A DNA stretch of 64,000 nt from Takakia lepidozioides (GCA_030704615.1 CM060731.1:18352001-18416000); one strand, 5' to 3'. Numbered from the stretch's first letter, positions 11,920 through 24,700 are shown. Notes: generated by a model from the letters alone, not told the origin. Translations and numbers: made by a program.

Positions 11920-13150
11920 ATGTTATAGAGGGTTACATGGTGGTGAGGGTTACAGAGGGTCAGAGAGGGTTACATGGAGTGAGGGTTACATAGGGGTGAG
12001 GGTGACACTCTGCGGTGTACAGAGGGTTACATGGTGGTGAGGGTTACAAAGGGTCACAGAGGGTTACATGGGTTATAGAGGGTTACATGGAGTGAGGGTT
12101 ACATAAGGGGTGAGGGCGACACTCTGCGGTGTTACAGAGGGTTACATAGGTTACAAAGCCACAGAGGGTTTGTGAGGGTTACATGGAGTGAGGGTTACAT
12201 GGTGGCGAGGGTGACACTCTGCGGTGTTATAGAGGGTTACATGTTGGTAAGGGTTACACCTGGTGAGGGATATAGAGGGTCACAGAGGGTTACATGGGGT
12301 TACAGAGGGTCAGAGAGGGTTACATGGAGTGAGGGTTACATACGGGTGAGGGTGACACTCTGCGGTGTTACAGAGGGTTTCATGGTGGTGAGGGTTACAA
12401 AGGGTCACAGAGGGTTATATGGGTTACAGAGGGTTACATGGAGTGAGGGTTACATAAGGGGTGAGGGCGACACTCTGCGGTGTTACAGAGGGTTACATGG
12501 GTTACAGAGCCACAGAGGGTTTGTGAGGGTTACATAGAGCGAGGGTGATATGGGATGAGGGTGACACTCTGCGGTGTCACAGAGGGTTTGTGAGGGTTAC
12601 GGAGGGTTACATGGTGGCGAGGGTGACACTCTGCGGTGTTACAGAGGGTTACATGGTGGTAAGGGTTACACCTGGTGAGGGATATAGAGGGTCACAGAGG
12701 GTTACATGGGTTACAGAGGGTTACATGGTAGTGAGGGTTACAGAGGGTCAGAGAGGGTTACATGGAGTGAGGGTTACATACGGATGAGGGTGACACTCTG
12801 CGGTGTTACAGAGGGTTACATGGTGGTGAGGGTTACAAAGGGTCACAGAGGGTTACATGGGTTACAGAGGGTCACATAGGATTACATGGGTTACAAAGGG
12901 TTACAGAGGGTTACATGGAGTGAGGGTTACACTCTGCGGTGTTTCAGAGGGTTACATAGGGTTACATGGGTTGCAAAGTGTTACAGAGGGTTACATGTAG
13001 TGAGGGTTACATAGGGGTGGGGGTGACACTCTGCGGTTATAGAGGGTTACATGGGTTACAGAGGGTTACATGGTGGTGTGGGTTACACTCGACGGAGTTA
13101 CAGAGGGTTACATGGGGGTGATGGTTGAACCCAGGGCGGGGGTTACAGGG
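11920..13150 (+). repeat. Subterminal array of AGAGGGTTACATGG / GGGTGACACTCTGCGG units
   Basis: Dozens of GGGTTACA and GGGTGACA cores with higher-order blocks. The polarity is opposite to the TGTAACCC array at 1-340. Confidence 0.95.
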
Positions 13151-15653
13151 AACTGGCGGTCTGCTGGAAGCAGCGGACTGGTGTCGCAGAACAACGACGA
13201 CGCGCCTGGGGCGACGACGCGATGGGATGAGGGCGGGGGTGGGGAGGGATTGACCGAGCCCAGCCGGCTGCCTTTCGATGTCTGCCGGAGGCGAAGAACC
13301 GGCGGTTCGGGTGTCAGGGCTGGACCGTCCTGACGCGCTTGCATTAAGTTCTTACATTATTCCTATTATCTTCCGTTTTCTACACTCTGCGTTTTGTGGT
13401 TAGGGGGGTGAAAGTCCATTGAAGAGAATGGAAACGAAATGGAACTTTACAACGTCCGCAGAAAGCTCAAAGAGCTTATGGGACAAAAAGAAAGCAAGAA
13501 ACAAGAAAGAATGAAAGACCGAGCAAAGCCAGAAGCAGCCCAAAAGCAACTGCTGCTCAAGAGATTGTCTACCGGTCAAAACTCATGCAGAAAAGCATGC
13601 AAGCATTTCTAATCCTCACAATGGAAAACTTCAGTGAGAGATTGGGTGTAAGGGGACAGATAGTGGAATCTACCAAGGAGCGCATAGTGAAGAGAGCAGC
13701 AAAAGAAGTGCTCTTCAGTTTCTATCAGATGGAACACGGTATGGCAGACAATGCACATGTGAAGAAGTTGTAATATACTTGAGATCTTTATTTAGTCTTG
13801 GGATGTTCCATTCAAGTTTCCAAAGTGGGAGGACACAAGCCCAGCAACCATCTTACCTGCGGTTTTTCCACTCACCAATTCCTTTCTCAAGGATGCATAA
13901 TGGCAAGGTCATCTGTCCAAAAGATGTACACATGGAAATGAGGGTGCATACAGTAAGGTACAAGATGCAGGTATGGATCTAGGTGCATGAAAAGCATCAC
14001 ATGTCCCAGGACCAGAATCCTGGTCACTCTCCTTATTGGCAGATTAACACATCTTCAAAATCAGAATAGGCAACTACTCCAAAGGACAGGACCCTTTTCA
14101 GTGCTAGACACAATTTATCATCGAATCCAGTGACAGATCCAGATGGGTGCTTCGTTTCCATGATCTTTTCTTCTTTTTTCTTTTTTGGAAAGGGGACGGG
14201 AGGAAAAAATAACCTCAACAGGGCCATGAGGCAAAACCATTCGGGGAACCTCCCAGATCAGCCACTATGGGCAGCAAAGACCAACGACTGGTTCATTCAG
14301 AAACCAACTAGCTAAGAACCTTGTCTATGAAGAAACCAACGGACATAATCTAGGAGACCCAACTGAGGGCACCTCCATATATGTATTCTAAAGCACACAA
14401 AAAAACCAGCCTGACACATGAGAGGCACAATTCAACCAGAGCATCAGAATAACAGAACCGACAGCTTAGAAAAAGAAAGGGCAGAGTGAGAAAACTAGAG
14501 TTGAAGAAGAAGAAAAACCAGAAAAGTCAGGAACACTATCCAAAAAGACACCAAGGGACAGACTAACAGGGACAGACAGACTAAAGGGATCTACCACTTG
14601 CAGCAGAGAGGGTCAAAATTTAAGTAAGCTATGATCTTCGATTCGTTTTGTGTTTCCAGTTTATGTTGTCTTGTCCTCCAACTCCAACAGCGAAACCACG
14701 GGCTAGAGGGGCCACCATTGATCGGGGAAGGCAGGATGGAAGGTGCAGGAATCACCCTCCCTGGTGCAGATGATGTCCCTCCAGTGAAGATCTCATATGA
14801 TTAGTGCAGCATTGTGTCAAGTTATTTGCCACAATATACCATGTTCCTCAACACACATTGACAGTGTTAAGCCCCATCCCCCCCCTTCTAGAAGCATGGG
14901 CTGCTCCAGTCCCAAGAGAAAGACACAATGATTGACGATAAAACAGAAACTCTCCACTCTTCAAGTCTGTGACATGCTGAGGAGAACAGACAACATTCTG
15001 AGGTCGGGTGAGGTTGGAGGATGCCCCCCCCCCCCCCCGCCCGCCCCCCCCCCCCTCCTCTGTATACTCTTCAGTTTGGGATGCATTTGGTGTCTTTTCC
15101 CCAAGAAGAAAATATATACTCTTGAGGAAATACACTCTTGGCAGCTAGAACTCGAGTCTATCCTATCCTCCATCCAATGTTGATGTAATATACTTCTGAA
15201 ACCCAAAGGTAAGGATATCCTTGAGAATGTCAACCCTCCACCCCTTCGCCCACCCTCTCTGTTACAAAACTTTGGTCAGGAGGAAGGTACGATAATGTCA
15301 CCAATGGAACCCAAATCCCTACAGGTCCCCAGGGAAGATACACACCACCACTGGTGAGCCTCCACCAACCAAGAGAAGGTGCTTGGATGGTTTGGGATAT
15401 ATAGAGTCACTAAACTGCAAGCAGTTGCGTCTACCCCTTCACCTACAGGTATCAAGCCCTGGATTGGGCTGAAACCTTGGAGTGAACCTACCAATCAAGC
15501 TAATACCCAGATGTCCTATCTCTCCCTCCCTCTCTCTACTCTCTCCGCTGAAAAAATGTATCCTCAGCTCCAAACACTTGCAAATAGAACAACTGTAGGC
15601 ATGGAGTTAGTGTTATTCAAGCATCCCTTTTTGCAGTTCCCCCAACCTTTCTC

Positions 15654-17337
15654 TCACGAGTTATACAGAGGGCGATCAGTCCAAGCCCCACAGACATGGC
15701 CATTCTCACAAACAAAAGCACGCACCACCGGTTCCCCATCTTCATGGTACTCGAATGAGCGGCGCAAGCAGAAAGTGGTCACCATATCCCATGTGGACAT
15801 TGAAGGACAAAAGGCACAATGCAGTTCTGACTTCTTGGCCCTCAGATCCTTCAGATTTCTCCAGACATGTGAGTGCTTGAAATTTTTAAAGATGCCTCGA
15901 AACAGATGGTATGTTCGCTTTTCACCCAGGTGTTCACAACCTGGCCAATCACAAATGTACAGGCTGTCTGCCCGGAACCTGAAAGGCAATGATTTGGGGT
16001 TAATGCCGCTGCAAGCACACCATAATGCTAGACAACTGTTCAACAGAAATGAAGACGGTGTGGTGGCTCCATATGCCTTGGACAGAGATCACAAGAATGG
16101 GCCTCCAACTGTGCTGGCTCATCAAACAGCACTTTTAAGCCTTCATGTATTTTTTTTTATCAGAAAATAATTTACCCTCATTGCTAGGGACGTAGTGATA
16201 ATAGCATTCAAAGTGAGAATCCTTGCTCAGGATACATGATACTCACCTGCTGGCAAGTAGCTTGTTGCCCTGCTCACGGGTCAAACTCCACTCGCCATCT
16301 GCCAAATGGGGATCTACATCCTTGTTGCCGACATCTTTCTCATTGATCACTCTCCCACCACCCTCTCCCCAAATTCTTTCTTGCAACCTACGTCTCTCGG
16401 AAGATCTTGGAGTCCGTGAACCACCTATAGCTTCCTCGGAGACCTGCATCCCATTTAAGTGCCTGTAGCTCCGGCGGATCCTGGAATCATTCATTATTTT
16501 GCTGTGATAGTGGAGCCCACCCTTTTTCTTCAGTATGATAGGGCCCTCGCCAATCATCTCTTTCTTCTTCCTCTTTCCAAAAAAGGGCGTCGCAGCCTCC
16601 GTCCCAAAAATCCCTGATTCCCCCATGGTGCTTAGCTTCTTACCATCCCCAACCCCAGGTGTACACTGTTCTACCACCCCGGCTTTCCTTTTTTTGTCAA
16701 TAACCTCAAAAGCGCCCACTTCAACTTCAGGTTGTCCAACCTCATTCTTCACTTCAACCCGTGCGCCATCCGTTGCAGTTCCTGAAACACCAACTGCATG
16801 ATCCTCAGTCGCGCAACCCATCTTCTTCGCAATTTCCGTACCACCTTCCGTCTCTCCATTTGATTCGGACTTGGGAACCACAGGCACTCTCGGAAGAAGC
16901 TCATAGTCGTTGGAACTCCCTATTTCCCTCTCAAGCCCGAAATCCCAGCATTCAAGCAAAACACCAGCATGGCGGAGTCCCGGGCAGCAAACCAAAAGCT
17001 TTTGGAGCGAGCCCCACCCACCGGGGGGCTCCCCAAGAAGGTTTTGCTGGCCGGTCGGCTGAATCAACTCAGAGATTACAGTGGGCACCACTCGCATACA
17101 ATGGCGGCGATAGCAAGATGTCTTGATCACATTGTTAAATCTGCGACACACGCAAGCTAACCGTGCCTGGTCTCGAGGATCGTTCTCCAACCTTGAAAAC
17201 ACATTGACAAGGATGTCCTCGGAAATCCTGCTGAAAAAAGGAAGAGAGTTGGGATTCAAGGGCTGTGGTTGTTTGAAAACTGGCAGTGGAGGGGGATCCG
17301 TCGGAGTTGCCTTAGAACTTCCCCCAACAGCGGCCAT
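15654..17337 (-). CDS. EID1: Phytochrome A-associated F-box protein EID1-like; two exons (17337-16247, 15978-15654)
   Basis: N-terminal F-box (ISEDILVNVFSRLE...ARLACVCRRF). The spliced junction gives WSLTREQGNKLLASR|FRADSLYICDWPGC, and the C-terminus EDGEPVVRAFVCENGHVCGAWT is characteristic of EID1. Confidence 0.9.
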
Positions 17338-18198
17338 AGGTGGATCGCAGCGGACAGCCGAACAGCTCTAGGTGATGCTCTGGAAAATTAATCAATCAAA
17401 ATCCCCACAGACTGAGACAACGGTCACATATAGAATATCCAGGCGAAACCGAGGGGGCAAAAGACTGTTTGACGATGTATTTGCTTTCACCACTGCTATG
17501 AGAAGCACCCAGTTGCGGGTGACGCAAAACAAATCCGTCAATGCGCATGCAGGAGATCAGAATAGAGAGAGACACAAAAACAGGCAGACAGAGAACAAAA
17601 TTGCATGGCAGAAACAACAAGAAACTTGAAAGACTTGCAAACCCACCAAAGGAAACGCAGACAATGTCCAGACAAACACAGCACAGGGCTGATAAGCAAG
17701 TGCAGTGGATCCCAAAGCATGCAAACCCATCGCTTACCGCATCTGCAAACCCCTATTTACATACAACCTCCCGGCTTCCCAAAACATTCCAGTGTGGATA
17801 AGCTTCACCGTCTGCTCCAGGTCACCCCACTTGTCCTGACCCTCTGTACAACTCCCTTGGGAATGGGTCTAGGGCCGTCCTTCCCGGACAGGCCTGCTTT
17901 CAACAGCCCTTGCCCAGCTGCTCCACCAACCACCTCCTCCCCACAACCTTCACAGTAGTTATTACACTACACACCACATCCAAGTGTGACACTGCCAGGG
18001 AGGGGCCTCTGGCTTTTTCCTCCTCCTTTTTATGCACAACTAAAAACTTGCTCAATCTGCACCGTTGAATGATTTTCCTAACCTCATCCCCCTGATTTTC
18101 AGGGCAACCTCTGCACAGTAGGAACAAAACAACAAAACCCACAAATCTTTTTGAAATTCTTTGCATGGCTGACTGAAGCCAATTGAAACCAAAGTCTA

Positions 18199-18377
18199 CA
18201 GTCTGCCCTGGATAAATGTTACCTCTATAAACGTTAAAATACCATAAATGTTAACACTTCATAAACTTCATTAACACATTCATACTGAACCCCTTCATAA
18301 ACTGTTAATGTGTTAACCTTGTCTAAATGTTATTTTTTTTCTACTCCCGACTGTTAACATTTATCCAGGGCAGACCA
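18199..18377. mobile_element. Tc1/mariner-type MITE
   Basis: TIRs cagtctgccctggataaatgtta / taacatttatccagggcagacca, flanked by TA at 18197-18198 and 18378-18379. Confidence 0.85.
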
Positions 18378-18513
18378 TACTAAGTTTTCAGAGTTTTTGG
18401 GTCAGATTTTTGGTGGACCGACTTTCCAGAAGAGACTGCACTTTGCCACCATTTTGGGTTTATGAAAAAAAAATTGGTGTGTTGTTTCAGCTCTGTTATG
18501 AATCTTAAAATCC

Positions 18514-19460
18514 ACCAACAGTCAGTAGCTCAGTTGGTTAAGTGCATTGAATGCCACCCAGATGATTCTGGGGTCAAATCTTGCTCATTTATGCGCCATG
18601 GAGGCGAATGAGTGGGACACCGCCCAAGAACCATATCACACCCGTCAGTAAAGAGGTTATTTTCTCCTCTCACTACAAAGGGGCCTGATTTGTGAGCTGT
18701 CGCTCCCAGCTGTTTCCCTTTTTTTGTTATAAAAAATAAAAAATACACCAACAGTCAGTAGCTCAGTTGGTTAAGTGCATTGAGTGCCACCCAGATGATT
18801 CTGGGGTCAAATCTTGCTGCTGACGGGTGTGGTATGGTTCTTGGGCGGGGTTCCACTCATTCGCCTCCATGGCGCATAAATGAAAGAGGTTATTTTCTCC
18901 TCTCACTACAAAGGGGTTGAGCTGTCGCTCCCAGGTGTTTCCCTTTTTTTGTTTTAAAAAAAATAAAAATAAAAAAATAAAAATCCACCAACAGTCAGTA
19001 GCTCAGTTGGTTAAGTGCATTGAGTGCCACCCAGATGATTCTGGGGTCAAATCTTGCTGCTGACGGGTGTGGTATGGTTCTTGGGCGGGGTTCCACTCAT
19101 TCGCCTCCATGGCGCATAAATGAAAGAGGTTATTTTCTCCTCTCACTACAAAGGGGTTGAGCTGTCGCTCCCAGGTGTTTCCCTTTTTTTGTTTTAAAAA
19201 AAATAAAAATAAAAAAATAAAAATCCACCAACAGTCAGTAGCTCAGTTGGTTAAGTGCATTGAGTGCCACCCAGATGATTCTGGGGTCAAATCTTGCTAC
19301 TGACGGGTGTGGTATGGTTCCTGGGCGGTGTCCCACTCATTCGCCTCCATGGCGCATAAATGAAAGAGGTTATTTTCTCCTCTCACTACAAAGGGGCCTG
19401 ATTTGTGAGCTGTCGCTCCCAAGTGTTTCCCTTTTGAAAAACAAAAAAAAAAAAAAAAAA
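18514..19460 (+). mobile_element. Four head-to-tail tRNA-derived SINE copies (~240 bp; starts 18514, 18747, 18987, 19227)
   Basis: Each unit has an A-box (TAGCTCAGTTGG), a B-box-like GGTCAAATC and an A-rich tail. AAAATCC flanks the array on both sides. Confidence 0.85.
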
Positions 19461-21193
19461 ATCCGCATAATTTTATAAAAAGAGTGAAATGGGGTGACTG
19501 TACAAATGGGTAAAACTGTCCACAAGAGGAGAAACAAAATCAAAAGTGGGGGACAATTCAGGCGGAGCCCGGGGCCGACGCTCCGCAGTTTGCAGTGAGT
19601 GTGCCCCGGGACTTAGCCGTTTTCTTCCTCTCTTCCCTTCTTCTTCTTCACGGGAAGTGATCTATGAAAGCAAGGTATGCTTCGTCGAACTGCACAGCAT
19701 TCATCTTTTCCCAGCATCATTCTTCATCTCTCTTTTATTCTACTTCTGTTGAAAGGACCCCCGCTTCTTCGAGGAATGTTCCCCCACTGACCCAGAGTTC
19801 TCTAACCCATCCTCTCACTCTATTCTCCCGCCCATAAGAATCGTTAATGAGCCGACATGCATATTACGGCGCATTTCCCCCTCTGCCATCTTCCTTCTGG
19901 CATCCTGGCGCTTCACACTCTATGCTGGCTCACTTTGATTCCCAAGGTTGCGGCTTTGCAGTTCCTCTTTATTAATGTTGGCAGAAAAAGAAAGGGACAA
20001 TATTGCGAAGATGCGTAGCTGCCTTTGCGCATTCGTTTGCCAGGGAAGTCATCAAAACCATTTACATTCTATGTCTCCCGTGATGTTATTGTCATTTACA
20101 GCGTTCTGTCAGACTCGAATTCCATCAAGCGTCAAGCACCCACTTCCTCTACTATATGCCAATCCTCGCCTCCCTGTAGTAGTGCTCATGGACTCCAGGG
20201 GACGTAGCTCGAAGCAGGGGAAGCGCGGAGGTGCGTCTTCCGCGGGCAGAGGCAAATCCCAGATCTGGACAAAGAAGAATTCCACCATTCAGACCTCTGG
20301 CGGCTCCATCCTTGGCAAGGGACATGCGCACAACGATCCACCTCCATCACCCATGCCTGTAGAAGCTTGTTGGGAAGACACGGTGGTCCAGGCGGAGACA
20401 GATCAGCAGGTTATCAAACTTGACAAGGCCAAAATGCAAGCGCAAGCTCAAAAGATGACCAAATCCAGAATTTTGGTGTACTTTCCTGGTATGCCTCACA
20501 CCAGAGTCTGGATAAGGAGATGGATTCTGCAACATCTAAGAGCGGACGGGGGTCTGACGCATCACTTCTGCCTTCCTATGGGCAGGGGGTTCTACGCAAT
20601 CTTGTTCTCCTCCTCCACGAACGCGGACAAAGCGCTGAATTTCAACGCCCACCTCTCATCAGCCAAGGTCTTCATCTTCCCTTGGACCCATGACTGGGGG
20701 CACAAAAAAGGCATAATCTGGAAACCAAGGGTGATCGCCATCCCTTTCCTCCCGCCTACCTACCTCACTTCATTACTAGAAATTGGAGCAAGTTTTGGAT
20801 CCTTCATTGGGGTCATCAATATCTATGAGCCAGCTCAAGACCAAATCCTCAGTGTGGATACGGAGGTCATACACCACGAGCACAATTCTGATAATGGCGT
20901 CCCAAAGATTGTTGTCATCATGCCAGAAAATGCCTCCATTGGCTCTTCCATTAAACTGCCTACACTCAATGACTCTTACATCGTTGTAGCTGTTAAAGAA
21001 GAGGCCATCTCCATCATCTGCTTCCTTTGCAATGCGGAAGACCATGTTAAGGCAGATTGCCCAAAAAGCTGGGCCTTTCGGAAAGATGAGGCATCTTCAC
21101 ATCCCCTAGAAAACACCTCAACAGGAGGTCAAAACCTGTTCACGCAGATACCTGCTGCAACTGAAACAAAGGAGCACGCCGTTGGAGACATAC

Positions 21194-21736
21194 TGTTGTG
21201 CACCTCACTTCGGTAAGCTCCCCTTCGAATCATAGTTACTCGCTTTGATGCGCGCGCCTAACTCCCAACCTGGCCGCCGGGCCAACTCGGAGCTTTCGGC
21301 TGCTCACCGGGACATAACGGGCCCCCTTTACTCTTCCAAAAGACCCTCCACCAATTTGGGCCTAGTGGAAATTCCCTTTTGGTAGATGGCAGTCCGGAAT
21401 AGCTCCCCACTCCTTGGTCACTTTCCGGCTCGCTCGCTTACTCACTAGTTTTTGGTCACCAACGGGCTTGCACCATTCTCGGGGTTACTACTCCCTATAT
21501 ATACTTCTGTGACTGTCCGCAGGGGTTTCACAAACAACCATGCCATTTTATGGCAAACCACCACGAAGACCCTCGATTCCCGGTGGGGCTCCACCTAGTG
21601 AGCGCCTCCGCCTCCTTGAGTGCCCAAGGCACTCAAGGGTGCTTCAGCCCCCCGTACCTATTGCTGCCACTGCCCCCACCACAGGGGCAGCCCCTCTGCG
21701 TCCCGCCCCCTGCCCTCAAGGCAAAGGGCCGTGACA
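21194..21736 (-). repeat. 3' LTR of the chromovirus, with an internal deletion of ~185 bp
   Basis: Matches 27232-27958 apart from the missing block; a purine-rich tract lies adjacent at 21737-21750. Confidence 0.9.
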
Positions 21737-24700
21737 CACACCCCTACCAACAGGGAGTCGATGTCCTCATCAACTTGTCCATTTTGTAGAAATGAACATC
21801 CAAGTTGTGGCGTCCCACATCAAGGAGTGTTTCCATACCATGGCGTCCCATGGCAAAGAAGCAAACTCCACACTTGACTCTACTCTCCACTAGCTAGTTC
21901 GGCTGACTTCCTCCAAGTCCCGGCCAAGGCTGGAGCCTCTCAAGCCCCACCCAGTGCACTCTTCTTGGCCTACTTCAAGGCCAAGGAACGATCCTCCCCG
22001 AGGATCGAATCGCCTTATTGCAACAACATTGCTTGCGACTGCTCATGATGTCGCTTTTGGCATCACCTTGAGCAAGGGTTCACCTTGAATCCTTTTTTGA
22101 TTAGGAAGATAACCTTGAACTAACCATGCACCCCAATCACTACAATTGGGTCCGCCTTGGAATACTGGCCTGAGGTACGGGAACATGCCGAAGCCGCACT
22201 ATGACTTCGTCCCGAGGCTACACGATTATAGTACGTGAACGGAAGCACGTAGCTTCCGCGTTAGCCCGCACTACAAGGCAACCCCCTCGGTAGCACAGTT
22301 ATAGTACGCGCACGTGCCAGGTGCGCACTAGCACGTGAACTCCCAAGGAAGGCGCAAGTTTCCTTGCCCCTTGGATGGGAGTCACCCGATTTCGGCACTA
22401 CGCAAACACACGATTAATCCAATTTACCTCTCCCACTTTTGTAAGCTAGCATGCATTCTACACACTAGCCAACCATACCATGCATCACCATTCCAAACAA
22501 AATAGGACGCACAACATTTGGAAACCATTTCATTTATAACAAAATTTGTACAATACAAGTTTTTGCAATCGGATTCCTGAGCTAGCTAAGCCGGGCTAAG
22601 CATGCATCTCCTCCCCCACGATCCAAGGTTGATGTCCCCATCAACGTTTCTTCCGCTTTTGAGGTCGCCCTTCGAAAGCTGCAACCGCCTCGGATGTGTT
22701 TCCCATTTCTGAGGCACGCACCCAAGATGCCTCCATATGATGATAGCCCTTCCATTTCACGAGATATTCCGTTTCTCGATTCTTGAACCTCCTCGACTTA
22801 AGCACTGCCTCCACCTCATACTCAGGTTCATTTTCATGATCCAACAGCACAGGTGGCGGACGCAACACTTGATGCCGATTTGGACACGCTTCATCTTTGA
22901 AGTAAGGCTTCAAAAAGGAGACGTGGAATACCGGGTGCACCTTGCTGTTTGCCGGAAGCTCCAATTTATACACATCCTCATTCATAACCTTCCGGATGCG
23001 AAAGGGTCCCGCATACGGAGGTACGAACTTCGGACTCACTTCCGGAGGTAGTCGGAAATTCTTGATGTTCAACCAGACCTCCATGCCTGCCTCAAACTTA
23101 ACTTCCCTCCGCTTCCGATTTGTCTGTTGTTCATACCGTTTCCTAGCTTTGGCAATGTCGTACTTTGCGAGCTTCAACAAACGCTCGCATTCTTCCAGTA
23201 CCGCCGCTGCTGCCGGTTCCTCAACGTCCTGGGCCAACTTGTCGGCACCAGAGGTGCTTTTCCATAGACCAATACGAAAGGGGAAACTCCCGTTGCGGAG
23301 TGTTTTGTGTTATTATAACAGAACTCTGCCGCGTCCAAGTGCTCCACCCAGTCTGATTGGTCTGCCGACACGTAATTCCGCAAGATTTGCTTCACCACGG
23401 AATTCACTCTTTCCGTTTGGCCATCCGTCGTAGGTCGGAAGGCGGTGCTCATCTTGAGCCTTGTCCCCATTTTCTTCCAAAGTGCCCTCCAAAATTTACT
23501 TGTAAACTTTGGATCGCGGTCCGAGACAATATCCTTCGAGAGTCCATGATGCTTGAAGACGTAGGCGAAATAAAATCGTCCCGTCTCCTGCGTCGTTGCC
23601 GTCTCATTGGTGGGGATGAAATGGCCCATTTTACTGAACCTATCCACCACCACCATGATTGCATCAAATCATTTTGGCAGCGGCATAGCAGTCATGAAAT
23701 CCATCGAGACACTTTCCCAAGACCCCTCTAGAATCGGCAAGGGTTGTAAGAGCCCCGCTTGCTTTTTGTACTCGCTCCGGTTTTGTTGGCATGTGGTACA
23801 TGTCTTGACATACTCCTCGGCCTCCTCCCTTAGCTTGGGCCAGAAATACTCTTTCTTCAAGAGTGCCGCGGTGCGCTTGGCTCCGTCGTGGCCCGCAAGT
23901 GGGCCATCATGGCATTCTCTCAAGAGACTATCTCTGATCCCTCCCTTCGGCACGTAGAGACACTTTTGCTTGTATCGGAGCAGTCCATTTTGCAAATGGA
24001 ACTGCGATTTAACCCCCATCCTCAAGTCTCGCATCACGGACTTTGCCATCTCATCTTTCCGGTAAGCCTTCCGGATCTTCCTTTGGAGCGCCGTCTCGCC
24101 CTTGTACACCAACATGAGCTGCTGCTTTCTACTTAAAGCATCGGCCACCACATTGTCCCGCCCCGGTTTGTACTGGATATCCACGTCGAACAGTGCCAAA
24201 GTTGTTACCTAATTTGTTTTGGGGACAACTTAGGCTGCGTGGCAAAATACTTTACCGTGACATTGTCCGTGAACACCTTCACCGGGTTGGAACCAATATA
24301 GTGGCGCCAAAGCTCAAGGCAATGCACCATCACCTTCATTTCTTTCTCATGCGTAGGCCACCATCGCTCCACTTCATTCAGTTTCTTACTTTCTTAAGCC
24401 ACTAGGCGTCCATCCTGCATGAGTACACCCCCAATTGCAAAGTCCGACGCATCTGTATGAATCTCAAATGGACGGTCGAACTTCGGAATTTTGAGGACTG
24501 GAGCTTCCGCCATTCGCTACTTCAACTCGGCCAAAGCTTGGCCACAAAAGGTGTTCCATACCCAGACTTTGGATTTACACAGGAGGTCTGACAGCAGCCC
24601 CGCGATCTTGGCGAAATTTCTCACATACTTCCGGTAATAGGAGGCGAGTCCTAGGAAGGATCGCACTCCTGGGACCGAAGTCGGAGGCTCCCAGTCCAAG

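Larger units (their letters stand above)
1..13345. mobile_element. Large MULE/Mutator-like DNA transposon (transposase plus convergent Ulp1-protease gene) with motif-rich subterminal arrays; left end lies upstream of the window, right end approximate
   Basis: MULE/SWIM transposase and a C48 protease gene. The GGGT(T/G)ACA/TGT(A/C)ACCC motif runs throughout and stops near 13150. Positions 19-56 (ccagttcctcgtaaccccatcatccctgtaaccctctg) resemble the reverse complement of ~13100-13157. A near-identical partial second copy lies at 40212-42144 and 45808-46234. Confidence 0.8.

Noticed and set aside
12172-12787. ORFs rich in RVT/GYM/VTL (also 2159-2750, 4394-5063, 8420-8740, 41378-42053)
   Set aside because: These are translations of the GGGTTACA motif arrays. 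Only part of 2159-2344 is retained, as a possible transposase linker.
11920-13150. CRISPR array or true telomere
   Set aside because: There are no unique spacers of constant length, the position is internal, and the same motif permeates the transposon and its second copy.
15379-16170. 263-aa plus-strand ORF
   Set aside because: Antisense shadow of EID1 exon 2 with no recognisable motifs.
18514-19460. Cluster of functional tRNA genes
   Set aside because: A and B boxes are present, but there is no proper cloverleaf, and each unit has a long unrelated body and an A-rich tail, as in SINEs.
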